This document shows positions 1 through 9,893 of a stretch of DNA of 24,000 bases, piece after piece. Within the stretch, counting starts at the first letter, position 1. The number at the start of each line of letters is the position of its first letter. Under the pieces are notes generated by a model. The model was not told the origin of the DNA, searched no databases, and worked only from the letters and a program-made list of their open reading frames with translations. The position numbers and the translations under genes are program-made. Source of the stretch: an uncultured beta proteobacterium (lineage in GTDB: Bacteria > Pseudomonadota > Gammaproteobacteria > Burkholderiales > Burkholderiaceae_F); contig CAWAYV010000018.1 of assembly GCA_963786295.1 (NCBI GenBank), forward strand, positions 72,043 to 96,042. The letters run 5' to 3'.

Positions 1-397
1 GTGCGACATCACCGCCCACCGCCAACAATCGCTGAAGCGTGGTTGAGCGGATCAACGGCACGTCACCGTAGAGAACCAAAGTCGGCACAGCCTCGTCCAA
101 CAGCGGTGCCGCTTGCAGCACGGCGTGGCCGGTCCCCAGCTGTTGCGACTGTTCGACGAAGCGCAGCGAGCGATCGGCCGACGCCCCGGAAGGGAACATT
201 TCTTGCACCTGATTTGCACCGTGGCCGACGACAACCACTATATTGACAGGCATTCCGGTGGTGCCAGCGCTAACTGCGTCCAGGACGTGCGCCAGCATCG
301 GCCGGCCGGCAACAAGGTGGAGTACTTTCGGCACGGATTTTGTAAGCGACGGGCCCATCCGCTTACCTTGTCCTGCAGCCAGTATCACGATGTTCAT
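1..397 (-). CDS. glmU: Bifunctional UDP-N-acetylglucosamine pyrophosphorylase / glucosamine-1-phosphate N-acetyltransferase GlmU, N-terminal 132 codons (gene continues left of the window)
   Basis: Own reverse-complement translation from ATG 397..395, open to position 1: [42 protein letters not shown]...[13 protein letters not shown]...[44 protein letters not shown]. LAAGxGKRM, QLGTGHA and LYGDVPL are the GlmU N-domain motifs. Not in the supplied ORF track (no stop inside the window). Confidence 0.88.
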   Translation of the reverse strand, partial: MNIVILAAGQGKRMGPSLTKSVPKVLHLVAGRPMLAHVLDAVSAGTTGMPVNIVVVVGHGANQVQEMFPSGASADRSLRFVEQSQQLGTGHAVLQAAPLLDEAVPTLVLYGDVPLIRSTTLQRLLAVGGDVA

Positions 398-441
398 GCG
401 CGTTTTTGCACGTTGATTTGGGACAAGTAGCGGAGGTCCGA

Positions 442-1346
442 TTGCCCGACGATTCTAGTTCACCGATAACCGATTTTTCCGTAGGGCGCGTCACGCGTTT
501 AGCGGCGATCGCAGCGATCGCAGTGTCCGTTGCGAGTTGTGCAGCGATAAGGATCGGTTACAACAACGCCGATACGCTGGCATTGCTTCAACTGGATAGC
601 TACCTGGATTTGACCGACGAGCAGGAGCAGACGTGCAAGGAGCGCCTCAATGCACTGCTGGCCTGGCATCGCACAACGCAGTTGCGCGATTACGTCGCGC
701 TTATCGACAGGACGCGCGCGAAGCTTGGTGGCCCGCATAACCGCCGCCGACGTGATGGACTTCAACCAACAACTGAACACGCGGATGATGACGGCGGCCG
801 ACAAAGCGGCGCCCGATATCGCGCACGTCGCGCTGACCTTGTCGCCGGAACAGATCGACCGCGCCGCCAAGAAGGTCGCCAGCGATGCTACGAAGGCACG
901 CCGCGAGTTTGTGCGTCTTGAAAATGAGTCCGGCGCCGAAGCGGGCCAAGAAGTATGGCGAGCGCGCAGAATCGTGGTTCGGGAAACTCACGGACGAGCA
1001 GATAGAGATCATCCGCAAGTCGTTGGCAAACCGGCCTACCGATGCGACTTGGTGGATCGATGAGCGCGAGCGTCGCCAGCGCGAGTTCCTCAGCCTACTG
1101 CGCAAGATTCAGGCGGATCGCCCCACCGAAGAGGTGGCTGCACGCTGGCTGCGTACCTATTTCACGCATCTCACTGTGGCAGCAGAAGCCGAGCGCCGCG
1201 CGCGCGCCGAGTCATACCGACGTGGCAGCGCCGAGTTGATCGCACAATTGATCAATCACGCGACGCCCGAACAACGTGCCGCGATCGACAAGAAGTTGAA
1301 CGATTACGCGCAGGACTTCAGGTCGCTTGCCGCGTCGAACGGGTAG
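442..1346 (+). pseudogene. Conserved exported lipoprotein (DUF6279-like; family name tentative), reading frame broken twice in the sequence as given
   Basis: Signal peptide plus lipobox (RLAAIAAIAVSVAS|C), then IGYNNADTLALLQLDSYLDLTDEQ. The same protein runs from frame 1 (to ~725) into frame 2 (ARITAADVMDFNQQLNTRMMTAADKAAPDIAHVALTLSPEQIDRAAKKVASDATKARREFVRLENE, to ~930), then frame 3 (SPAPKRAKKYGERAESWFGKLTDEQIEIIRKSLANRP... to stop 1344-1346). GGAGG at 432-436 favours TTG 442 as start (TTG 406 or 418 also possible). Span 905 nt, remainder 2, consistent with two +1 shifts. Confidence 0.6.
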
Positions 1347-1357
1347 GGCACTCGATC

Positions 1358-2782
1358 TCAGGTCGCGCGTTGCGCGCGCGGGTCGGCTGCGGACAGCAGC
1401 GAACCGGCAAACATTCCAATCCCCGCCATTAAGAACCCGCCCAGCACCGGCGGGAATGCCTGCCCGAGCTGCGTGAATTCGAGCAACGCCCACGTGCCCA
1501 TGCCGAGCACGATCGACCAGATCGCACCCTGCGTCGTCGAACGCTGCCAGTACAGCCCGCACACCAGCGGCCAGAACGCGCCGACCACCGGAAACTGATA
1601 GGCCTTCGAGACCAGCTCGTAGATCGGCGTACCGATCATGATGATTGAATAAATCAGCACACACGCGGTGAATACGACCACCGTCAGTCGCATGTACAGC
1701 AATTCCTGCTGGTCGTTCATCTTGACGAAGTTCTTCAGCACGTTTTCAACGAACGTAGTGGACGGCGCGAGCAACGTCGCAGAAGCCGTCGACATGATCG
1801 CCGCCAGCAGCGCACCGAAGAACGCGACCTGTAGCCATACCGGCATGCGCTCCATCACCAAGGTCGGCAGAATTTTTTGCGAGTCTTCCTTCAGCAAGGC
1901 GTTGGCCGCCTCCGGCATCACCAGAAATGCAGAGAGCCCGATAAAGATCGGCACCAACGCGAACACCATGTATGAGATGCCGCCGATGATCGGTCCTTTG
2001 ACGGACGTGTCGGCATCCTTCGCCGACATCACGCGCTGAAACACGTCCTGCTGCGGAATCGAGCCGATCATGATTGTGATCGCCGCACCGGTCCAGAACA
2101 GCCACTCGCGCGCGCCTCCGTCCGGAAAAAACCGGAACATCTCGCGCGATTGCGCGTACTCGATCACGCGGCCGGCCCCGCCCGCCTGATCCGCCGCAAA
2201 GATCGCGATCAGCGACAGGCCGACGATGATGATCGCCATCTGGAACGTGTCGGTCAGTGCCACCGACCACATGCCGCCGAACAGCGTGTAGACCAGCACG
2301 ATCGCGGTGCCGAGCACCATGCCCCAGGCCACACTGATGCCGCCGGCCGATAGCAGATTGAATACGAGCCCGAGCGCGGTGATTTGCGCAGCCACCCAAC
2401 CGAGATACGAAATCAGAATCACGATCGAGCTGAAGATTTCGACGCCGCGTCCGTAGCGGCGCCGGTAAAAATCGCCGATGGTCAGCAATTCCATCTTGTA
2501 CAGCTTGCGCGCGAAGAACATGCCGACCAGGATCAGGCACAGGCCCGCGCCGAACGGATCTTCAACGGTGTTGCGAAACCCGCCTTCTACGAATTTGGAC
2601 GGGATGCCGAGCACGGTCTCGGAGCCGAACCATGTCGCAAACGTGGTGGCGACGATTACGAACAGCGGCAGCGAGCGCCCGGCCAGCGCATAGTCCGAAG
2701 TGTTCCTGACTTTGGTTGCGGCGTACACGCCGATACCGACCGAGGCGATCAGATACAGCGCGATAAAGCCGAGGAGTGTCAT
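1358..2782 (-). CDS. Sodium:solute symporter family (SSF) transporter, substrate unknown
   Basis: 474 aa from ATG 2782 (the ORF-track ORF extends 17 codons further upstream with no support). Polytopic membrane protein MTLLGFIALYLIASVGIGVYAATKV...YALAGRSLPLFVIVATTFATWFGSETVLG..., with many hydrophobic segments along the whole length, typical of SSF/PF00474-type symporters. Confidence 0.87.
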   Translation of the reverse strand: MTLLGFIALYLIASVGIGVYAATKVRNTSDYALAGRSLPLFVIVATTFATWFGSETVLGIPSKFVEGGFRNTVEDPFGAGLCLILVGMFFARKLYKMELLTIGDFYRRRYGRGVEIFSSIVILISYLGWVAAQITALGLVFNLLSAGGISVAWGMVLGTAIVLVYTLFGGMWSVALTDTFQMAIIIVGLSLIAIFAADQAGGAGRVIEYAQSREMFRFFPDGGAREWLFWTGAAITIMIGSIPQQDVFQRVMSAKDADTSVKGPIIGGISYMVFALVPIFIGLSAFLVMPEAANALLKEDSQKILPTLVMERMPVWLQVAFFGALLAAIMSTASATLLAPSTTFVENVLKNFVKMNDQQELLYMRLTVVVFTACVLIYSIIMIGTPIYELVSKAYQFPVVGAFWPLVCGLYWQRSTTQGAIWSIVLGMGTWALLEFTQLGQAFPPVLGGFLMAGIGMFAGSLLSAADPRAQRAT

Positions 2783-2796
2783 ATGAGCCGTGCCCG

Positions 2797-2824
2797 AATG
2801 CGCGCAGAGAAAACGGCGCGCATT
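2797..2824 (-). promoter_or_regulatory. Perfect 9-bp inverted repeat AATGCGCGC-N10-GCGCGCATT between the GumN-like gene and the symporter gene
   Basis: Seen directly. Arms at 2797-2805 and 2816-2824. It lies 14 nt upstream of the symporter ATG and 20 nt downstream of the GumN-like stop. There is no U-run after the stem on the minus strand, so it is not a canonical terminator; it may be an operator or RNA stem-loop. Confidence 0.3.
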
Positions 2825-2844
2825 ATGAAGCAAGGCCCGCCGCG

Positions 2845-3771
2845 CTAGATTTGTCCGACGCGATACCCCTTGGCCTTCAGCTGCTCGACAATGCTTCGCG
2901 GCCCGACCAAATGCAATGATCCGACGGCGATAAAGTGAGGGCCCGGCTGTCGCAGCAGCTCTTCTATCTTGCGCGTCATCGCGACATCGCGCTGATAAAG
3001 AAATTTGTCTTCAAACTCACGTTTCGCTTCGGAATTGTTGAAGCTCTTTTGATTCAGCACGAAGAACGCATCGGCGTCGCCCTTTTTCCAGGTAGCAATC
3101 ACACCGTCAACGACCTGTGGCGTGCGCTCCATGCTCGTCAGGAACTCGTCGAGCATCGCCGTCTGCAATGTCGCACTCAAGCTATCCAGCACTGCCAATT
3201 GCTGCTCGCCGGATTCGAGCTCGATCACCGATTTACCGCTTCCGTTAGCTTTTCTGATCAGGTAACCGTCGATTCCGGCGTCCGGGGTGAATCCGAGTTG
3301 TTGCAGCTTCGTCGCCGCCAAGATCAACATCACGCCCCACGGCTTCATCTTGCTGACCGCTGCTTCCGGCACGCCCAATCTGGCGGTTTCTGCGATCGTG
3401 CGTTCGTAAAGCGATCTATTCAGTCGACCTTCGAGTGTTTCACTACCTGGCAGCATCATGCGTTGCACCGCGGCGGCCATGTCCACCTTCGCGGCGTCGG
3501 CCTCGACCGCGAGCGTCTTCGCTTCCGCAAACGCTTTCTCGATCGCCGGGTTGAGCGGCAACCATTCAGGCTTCCACACGTGCACGGTGCCCAGCAGGTA
3601 GCTGGTCTTGCCGTCCTTTTCGATCTTCCAGAACAGTCCGCGATCGGTTGGCGCCGACGAGGTCGATTGACCGTAGACCGCACCTGCCGTCAGCAGCGAT
3701 AGGGCGCCGAGCAGCGAAAACGTGACCCACCTTCGCCATGCACTGTGAAGAATTTTTTGGAATGTGATCAT
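2845..3771 (-). CDS. TraB/GumN family protein, exported
   Basis: 308 aa. N-terminal signal peptide (WVTFSLLGALSLLTAGAVYG|Q). LFWKIEKDGKTSYLLGTVHV and HFIAVGSLHLVGPRSIVEQLKAKGYRV match the conserved GTxH and GxxHL blocks of the TraB/GumN family. ATG 3771..3769 overlaps the upstream stop 3770..3768 (ATGA). Confidence 0.85.
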   Translation of the reverse strand: MITFQKILHSAWRRWVTFSLLGALSLLTAGAVYGQSTSSAPTDRGLFWKIEKDGKTSYLLGTVHVWKPEWLPLNPAIEKAFAEAKTLAVEADAAKVDMAAAVQRMMLPGSETLEGRLNRSLYERTIAETARLGVPEAAVSKMKPWGVMLILAATKLQQLGFTPDAGIDGYLIRKANGSGKSVIELESGEQQLAVLDSLSATLQTAMLDEFLTSMERTPQVVDGVIATWKKGDADAFFVLNQKSFNNSEAKREFEDKFLYQRDVAMTRKIEELLRQPGPHFIAVGSLHLVGPRSIVEQLKAKGYRVGQI

Positions 3772-5798
3772 CGACTACTCGTCGCTGCTCGTTTCAGCCA
3801 GCGCTCGTTCGGCGTCCAGTGCCCGCCACGATTTCCCGTTAGTGAGCGCATAAGGAGCGCACGGTCGGTCGCGAAATCAAGCGGCGTGCGCAGCGTCAGC
3901 GGCCCTGCCATGCCGCCCGGCGGTGCTGGAACGATCAGGTTGCTGGCCCACGAATCTCCGGCGCGCATCGGGATCGGGGGTGCCAGATTGTCGACTTCCG
4001 TCAGATCGACCCACGGTGCGATTTCTCCCACCGCATAGCGCGCACGCGGCTTGACAGTCGCTTCGCCGATGCGGCCGCGCTGGCCGAAGCGCACGATCAG
4101 GGTGCCGGTCGTGGTGGTGGGTCCGATCTTGTCGGTGATCGCCACGTCGCGGCGCCATGCGTGATTGCGCACCATCATGAATTCTTCGAACGTCATCGCG
4201 AGGTCTTCGCGCGTGCTCGAGTAGTTGTATTCATCGGTCGCGCGATCGCTCGAGAAGAAACCGGCGACATCGTTCGGGGTGTATGTGCGCTGCGTTGCAT
4301 CAGCGGTTGCGCCGAAGAATTTCACCTGCGCCAGGCCGCCCAGCGGCGCTGATTGCAGCGGGAAGCTTGCCGCCATCAGATCTGATGGCAGTTGAGCCGC
4401 CTGATAGCGCGGCGAAATATTTCCCCAGGCCGAAAGCGAGCTGTTGAGCGTTGGACGCGCCGCTGGCGGCATGTAGTCCGATGCGTGCGCCAGCTCGTGA
4501 TACAGCAGCCAGCCCGCTTCCGCCAGCAGATACGTCAGGTCGCGCGAGATCCTCGACGTTGCCGGAAACGCCAGGAAAATATTCTGATTGTTCTGCGTGT
4601 AGCGCCAGACGCCCGAGTACATCAAATCGCGATCAAAATCGGAGCGGAAATCCGGCGCTTCATTGATCACATCGCGCTGCGCGGCAGTCAGCCAGAAATT
4701 GTCGGCGTCCAAGTAGATGGCGCCGGTCAGCGCGTAGTAGAAGCTCGGCCTGACCTGCGCGCCGATCACGATGGCGGTGACGCCGTTGAACAGCCGCAAG
4801 ATGTCTTGCGAGGCCTGTGTCCGCAGCAACTGCTCGAACACATCGCCCATCCAGTCGTGCGACACGACCACGCGATCCATGATCTGGTCGACCGTCGGTA
4901 CCGCACCCGACGTTGTCTGATGCAAAAACGGCAGCGTCGATAGCGGGCACAAATTGGTCGAGCCACCGGTGTATTGCAAATTGGCTTCGTACGTACAGCG
5001 CACCAGCGCACCGGCAAACGGCCCGTTGGCGCGATACGGATAGGTACGCGAGACGTGCAGATCGCTAAACACGAACGGCAACGTGCCGCTCGGATCCGAC
5101 GGCGCCTGCACGTAATTTTCGACCAGTACGAACACGTCGTCGGTATCGATGGCGCCACTGGCCGTGCGGCGCGTTATGCGAAACGTCAGCGCGGTGTCGC
5201 GCGCGACGTCGGGCGCAACGAACAGCACACGGTTCGGATCGCTCGCATCGAGCGTGACCGGCGGCCCCGCGATTTGCGTCCACGTGTTGGTTTCACCGCC
5301 GGCCAATCCAGGCCACGCGCGCAGTGACACGTTGCCGCCTTTTCGCGCAGCGTGATCGACCCGCGCGAGCACCGCGACCGCTGCCGAAGGCGCAATCGCG
5401 TTGACGCTGACATTGGCGGTTTGCTGCGCTCCCGCGGCATCGACAAACGTCACGGAAAAGCCGTACGCGCCGGCGCTCGGCGGCTCAAAGCTGATCGCTT
5501 GTGATTTGGCCGAATTCAGCACTACAGGCGGACCCGCGGTTTGCGTCCACTGCACATTGCTCACTGCGCCGGTGCAGCCGGCGAGCACGGCACCCGCGAC
5601 TTTGCCGACCGCCACAGTCGTATCGGCCACGACTGAAAAAGTGCCGGTACCGGTGCATGTGGGTGTAGGCGCAATGGTCGTCGGCGCCGCTGGCGGCGCG
5701 GGCGAGGGACTGTTCGAATCGCCACCGCCGCATGCAGCCAGGGCAAGCGCCGATAACGCAGCAAGCGTCAGGCGAGCCAACGCAGCGAGTGTGCTCAT
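3768..5798 (-). CDS. Large lipoprotein with two Ig-like (PKD/K319L-like) repeats and an HExxH motif; putative exported zinc metallopeptidase, uncharacterised
   Basis: 676 aa from ATG 5798 (MSTLAALARLTLAALSALALAA|CGGGDSNSPSPAPP: lipobox plus Pro-rich tether). Two repeats of the W-TQ-AGPPV-L type (VQWTQTAGPPVVLNSAKSQAISF...; NTWTQIAGPPVTLDASDPNRVLFVAP...). LYHELAHASDY gives HELAH at nt 4485-4499 (residues 434-438). The ORF is uninterrupted, but no confident family assignment is possible from memory. Confidence 0.78.
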   Translation of the reverse strand: MSTLAALARLTLAALSALALAACGGGDSNSPSPAPPAAPTTIAPTPTCTGTGTFSVVADTTVAVGKVAGAVLAGCTGAVSNVQWTQTAGPPVVLNSAKSQAISFEPPSAGAYGFSVTFVDAAGAQQTANVSVNAIAPSAAVAVLARVDHAARKGGNVSLRAWPGLAGGETNTWTQIAGPPVTLDASDPNRVLFVAPDVARDTALTFRITRRTASGAIDTDDVFVLVENYVQAPSDPSGTLPFVFSDLHVSRTYPYRANGPFAGALVRCTYEANLQYTGGSTNLCPLSTLPFLHQTTSGAVPTVDQIMDRVVVSHDWMGDVFEQLLRTQASQDILRLFNGVTAIVIGAQVRPSFYYALTGAIYLDADNFWLTAAQRDVINEAPDFRSDFDRDLMYSGVWRYTQNNQNIFLAFPATSRISRDLTYLLAEAGWLLYHELAHASDYMPPAARPTLNSSLSAWGNISPRYQAAQLPSDLMAASFPLQSAPLGGLAQVKFFGATADATQRTYTPNDVAGFFSSDRATDEYNYSSTREDLAMTFEEFMMVRNHAWRRDVAITDKIGPTTTTGTLIVRFGQRGRIGEATVKPRARYAVGEIAPWVDLTEVDNLAPPIPMRAGDSWASNLIVPAPPGGMAGPLTLRTPLDFATDRALLMRSLTGNRGGHWTPNERWLKRAATSSR

Positions 5799-5826
5799 GC
5801 TTGGTGGAAACTCCAGGTGACGAACA

Positions 5827-5854
5827 ACGATAGCGAGGATGCGAGCCCGGTCAA
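5827..5854 (-). promoter_or_regulatory. Candidate sigma70 promoter for the lipoprotein-GumN(-symporter) unit
   Basis: Minus strand TTGACC (5854..5849), 16 nt, TATCGT (5832..5827), about 30 nt upstream of ATG 5798 in the 110-nt gap after ubiB. GGAG lies in the leader. Confidence 0.4.
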
Positions 5855-5908
5855 TGCCGCGCATGCCCTAATACCTGCGGGCGTACACGTACGATCAGAA
5901 ACAAGGTA

Positions 5909-7459
5909 TCAAGCGCGCCAGACTGTCCAGCCTGCCAGCGCGATGACGGCCGCCAACAATAGGGTCGCCACCGCGTACCAGATGTTCGTCAGCCGCTGCT
6001 CCCGACGCAACATGCGCACCTCTTCGATCAATCGGCCGTCGTCGTGATGGCGTGTCAGCGCGGCATGCACCAGGCGCGGCAGTTGCGGCAACAAATACGT
6101 CCATTGCATCGCTTCGCGCTTGAGCCTTGCTTCCATTCCGCGCCAGCCAACTTGATCTTCCATCCAGCGCTCAAGAAACGGCTTGGCCGTTTTCCACAGA
6201 TCGAGGTCCGGATCGAGCTGGCGCCCGAGACCTTCGATATTCAGCAGCGTTTTCTGCAGCAGCACCAATTGCGGCTGCACTTCGACGTTAAAGCGCTGCG
6301 ACGCCTGAAATAGCCGCATCAGCACCTGGCCGAGCGAAATGTCCTTCAACGGCCTGTCGAACACCGGCTCGCAGCACGCGCGTACGGCGTTCTCCAGCTC
6401 GTCGACGCGGGTGTCTTCGGGCACCCAGCCCGATTCGATGTGCAACTCCGCGACACGCTTGTAATCGTGCTGAAAGAACGCGAGAAAGTTCTGCGCCAGA
6501 TAATTCTTGTCGCTCTCGCTTAACGTACCGACGATGCCGAAGTCGAGCCCGATGTACTTGTTGAACTGATCGCCTTCGGTACCGACCAGAATGTTGCCCG
6601 GGTGCATGTCGGCGTGGAAGAAAGCGTGGTCGAAGACTTGCATGAAAAAGATGGTGACGCCGTCGCGCGACAGCTTCTTGATATCGATACCCGCTTCCAG
6701 CAGTCGATCCATCCGGCTGATCGGGATTCCGGTCATGCGCTGCATCACCAGCACGTTGTCGCTGCAGTAGTCGAAGTGCATCTCGGGCACGACAAATAAC
6801 GCCGAGCCGGCAAAGTTGCGACGCAGCTGTGATGCGTTGGCCGCTTCGCGCATCAAATCGAGCTCGTCGTGCAGGTACTTGTCGAACTCGGCGACTATTG
6901 CGCGCGGGCGCAATCGCTTGCCGTCGCGCCACAGTTTTTCGATCAGGCGCGCGCCCGCGTCCATCAGCGACAAGTCTTTCTCGATTGCCTGCAGCATGTT
7001 CGGCCGCAACACCTTGACGGCGACTTCCTTACCGGCGTGCGCACCTTCTTTTAGCACCGCGAAGTGCACCTGTGCGATCGACGCCGACGCCACCGGCTCG
7101 CGGTCGAACGAAGAAAACACCGCATCGATCGGACGGCGCAGTCCGCGCTCGATCTCGCGCATCGCGGTCTCAGACGCAAACGGCGGCACACGGTCCTGCA
7201 GTCGCGCGAGCTCATCGGCCATGTCGGGCGGCAACAGATCGCGCCGTGTCGACAGGACCTGCCCGAACTTGACGAAAATGGGACCGAGATCTTCGAGCGC
7301 GCGGCGCAGCCGAACTGCACGCGGCTCGCGCGGTGCGCCGAAGGTCGTCCAACCGACCAGCCGCACCAGCGCGGGATTTTTCAAACTGGTTACGACGATT
7401 TCATCGAGCCGGTAGCGCCAGACGACCGCCAGGATGCGAATGAAGCGCAGAAGCCGCAT
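5909..7459 (-). CDS. ubiB: Ubiquinone biosynthesis regulatory protein kinase UbiB (ABC1 family)
   Basis: 516 aa from ATG 7459: [21 protein letters not shown]..., with [29 protein letters not shown] and LDFGIVG kinase-like motifs and two C-terminal TM segments ([24 protein letters not shown]). Sits downstream of ubiE/ubiJ as expected. Confidence 0.92.
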   Translation of the reverse strand: MRLLRFIRILAVVWRYRLDEIVVTSLKNPALVRLVGWTTFGAPREPRAVRLRRALEDLGPIFVKFGQVLSTRRDLLPPDMADELARLQDRVPPFASETAMREIERGLRRPIDAVFSSFDREPVASASIAQVHFAVLKEGAHAGKEVAVKVLRPNMLQAIEKDLSLMDAGARLIEKLWRDGKRLRPRAIVAEFDKYLHDELDLMREAANASQLRRNFAGSALFVVPEMHFDYCSDNVLVMQRMTGIPISRMDRLLEAGIDIKKLSRDGVTIFFMQVFDHAFFHADMHPGNILVGTEGDQFNKYIGLDFGIVGTLSESDKNYLAQNFLAFFQHDYKRVAELHIESGWVPEDTRVDELENAVRACCEPVFDRPLKDISLGQVLMRLFQASQRFNVEVQPQLVLLQKTLLNIEGLGRQLDPDLDLWKTAKPFLERWMEDQVGWRGMEARLKREAMQWTYLLPQLPRLVHAALTRHHDDGRLIEEVRMLRREQRLTNIWYAVATLLLAAVIALAGWTVWRA

Positions 7460-8086
7460 GGGCGGCGATTGTAGGGTGTGACCTGGCCGGCTACGCGGCG
7501 CGGCTATGACGCGTGCCAGCAGATCGATTCGCTTTTCAATGCGCGCCACAGCGTCGCGTAAACGATTGACGTCCTGGCTGAAGTTTTCAAGATCGTTGCG
7601 GCCGACGACCATTGGGTTTTCGGTCACGACGTAGTGAGCCGTGTTATCGAGCATGTTCTCGGCGATTTGCTTCCACTGCGATGCGCTCGCCCGCATGAAC
7701 CCGACCAGGCGCTGCGCGGCTGCATCACCAATGAAACGCGATAGCTCTTCCTCGGGCTCGGGCCGCAAGTTCTGCAGCACGAACGCGAGCGCCTGAGCAA
7801 ACTCGGCATCACCGCTCAGTCGCACGTCCTTCATCGCAGCCGGGGGATCGAGCATCGCGAGCGGCAGCGAAGAAAGAGCAACGCCGATGGTGACCGCCGG
7901 CTCGCCCTTATCAGCCGCGGTGAACGTACCGTCGTCGGCAACTTGCAGCGTTACCGCAAACGGCGCCGCGTCGAAGCGTGCAATGCGGCCCGCAAACGGC
8001 ACCAGCTTGTCACGCGCCCATTGCTCGCGCGCCAGCGTGCGGTTCAGCGCGGCCACAGCCGCAGAATTTGCGAGTTGATCGATCAT
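7460..8086 (-). CDS. ubiJ: Ubiquinone biosynthesis accessory factor UbiJ (SCP2-like); no stop codon of its own, reads in frame into ubiB
   Basis: ATG 8086 (the track ORF starts two codons earlier at TTG 8092): [49 protein letters not shown]...[40 protein letters not shown]. This is the SCP2-type UbiJ layout, positioned between a Tim44-like gene and ubiB. The 209 codons run straight into the ubiB ATG. A TAG in the +1 frame lies at 7504-7506. Confidence 0.72.
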
Positions 8087-8098
8087 GTACAAACTGAA

Positions 8099-8120
8099 AG
8101 AGGGCGTCTACGCGCCCTCT
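8099..8120 (-). terminator. GC-rich hairpin between the Tim44-like gene and ubiJ (weak terminator or RNA-stability element)
   Basis: AGAGGGCG-N6-CGCCCTCT, an 8-bp perfect stem followed on the minus strand by TTCAGTTTG (only moderately U-rich). It lies in the 55-nt gap between stop 8142 and ATG 8086. Confidence 0.35.
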
Positions 8121-8141
8121 CTTGTGTTGCGCCTACGTTGT

Positions 8142-9135
8142 CTAGGCGAGTTGCTGGATGCCGGCTAAGACCCAGCCGCCGCCGCGCACCGGCTTCGCCA
8201 GATTCCACACTTCGGACACGCGCTCGATCTCGCCATCGACCTTTAGCGTGCCGTCGAACTTGACGCTCGCGATATGCTCATCGGCGGTCGACTCGATGCC
8301 CAGCAAATCGGCATCGAGCGTCACGACTTCGGTCGTCGACTTGCCGCCGCGTGCGCGCAACTCGTGCGTGAGCGTGATGAACATATCGTTGCTCGTGAAC
8401 TCGGATAGTTCGGCCAGATCGCCGCTATCCCACGCCTGCTGCAGCTTGACGTAGTTCGCTTTGGCCGCCGCCAGAAAGCCGGCGCTGTCAAAACCGGCCG
8501 GAATTCCCCACGGCGTGCTGCCCGCTACCGCACCAGAGCGCGCGAATTGATCCATCGCAGAGCCGGGACGTGCGGCCGCAGGCGCGAAAGCAGGCTCCGA
8601 GCCGCGCGACGCAGGCACCGGAGCACTTTCATAGCCCACATGTTTATAGGTGCCGGGCGAACCTGCACTCGAAGCAGCCGTCCGACCGCGCACTCCCATA
8701 TGCGGGCTGCGGCGTGCCGCCACGCACGCGGCGCAGGACGAAGCCCACGATCATCAACAACACCATGCCGATCAGCAGCGCCGTCAAGAACATCGTCAGC
8801 GCCTCACCGAAGCCCAGATACGACGCCAGCGCGGCGATGCCCAAACCGGCAGCGAGCCCCATTAACGCACCACGCCATGGACTGCGCGGCGCGGCTGCGG
8901 GCGCTGCGCCCGGACGCTGTGCCGCAGCTGCCGCCGGTGCCTGTTGCGGGTTGCCTGCTTGCGGTGTTTGCTGTTGCGGCGGCGTGGCTTGCCGTTGTTG
9001 TACCGGCGCCGATTGCCGACCGAGATTCTTGCCGCCGCCAAAGCGGCGCTGAGCGTCGGCGTCGAACGCGAACGTCGCCGCGACGATGCCGATCATTAAT
9101 GCTGCCAGTGTCTTGCCCGCGAATAAATTTTTCAT
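8142..9135 (-). pseudogene. Tim44-like domain protein of the ubi cluster, one frameshift in the sequence as given
   Basis: ATG 9135 preceded by GGAGG. N-terminal part: MKNLFAGKTLAALMIGIVAATFAFDADAQRRFGGGKNLGRQ...(Q/P/A-rich)...TM segment ALMGLAAGLGIAALASYLGFG...VLRRVRGG. The C-terminal Tim44-like domain continues in another frame (FDSAGFLAAAKANYVKLQQAWDSGDLAELSEFTSNDMF...WNLAKPVRGGGWVLAGIQQLA, stop 8142). The frame change is somewhere in 8650-8725. 994 nt, remainder 1. Confidence 0.75.
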
Positions 9136-9152
9136 GTGACCTCCACTACCCA

Positions 9153-9893
9153 TCAGTACTTCGTGCCGACGTGCAACGCGCATATGCCGGCGGTCAGATT
9201 GAACCATTGGACGTTGTCGAACCCAGCATGTTCCATCATTTCGGCCAATTCGTCTTGCGGGGGGTGCACTCGCACCGATTCAGCAAGATAGCGGTAACTG
9301 TCCGCATCGTTGGCAATCTTCTCTCCCAGCCAGGGTAGGACGTTGAACGAATACGCGTCGTATATGGGGGCGATCGGCTGCCAAACACGCGCAAATTCGA
9401 GCACAAGCAATCGGCCACCGGGTTTAAGCACGCGCTGCATCTCGGCTAGCGCCGCATCCTTGTGCGTCATGTTGCGCAGTCCAAAGCCAACCGATGCAAC
9501 ATCGAAGTAACCCGAGGCAAAGGGCAAGCGCTCGGCATCGCACTGCGCCAGCGGAATCATCTGCCCGCGATCGAGCAGTCGGTCGCGGCCCTCCGCCAGC
9601 ATCGATGCATTGATGTCGGTCAACCAAACTTCACCTGTTGCACCGGCGCGCTCGGCAAACGCGCTCGCGAGATCGCCCGTTCCGCCGGCGATATCCAGCA
9701 CCTTCATCCCTGCGCGCACATTGGCTTCGCGCACGGCAAACGACTTCCACAAGCGATGCATTCCGGCCGACATCAGATCGTTCATCACGTCGTACTTCGG
9801 CGCGACCGAATCGAACACGCCGGCAACGCGCCGCGCTTTTTCCGGCTCGTCCACCTCGCTGAAGCCGAAATGCGTGGTGGCGGCTTTATCCAT
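9153..9893 (-). CDS. ubiE: Demethylmenaquinone/ubiquinone C-methyltransferase UbiE
   Basis: 246 aa from ATG 9893: [50 protein letters not shown]...[12 protein letters not shown] (SAM motif)...[10 protein letters not shown]. The 381-aa track ORF is an unsupported 5' extension. Confidence 0.93.
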   Translation of the reverse strand: MDKAATTHFGFSEVDEPEKARRVAGVFDSVAPKYDVMNDLMSAGMHRLWKSFAVREANVRAGMKVLDIAGGTGDLASAFAERAGATGEVWLTDINASMLAEGRDRLLDRGQMIPLAQCDAERLPFASGYFDVASVGFGLRNMTHKDAALAEMQRVLKPGGRLLVLEFARVWQPIAPIYDAYSFNVLPWLGEKIANDADSYRYLAESVRVHPPQDELAEMMEHAGFDNVQWFNLTAGICALHVGTKY

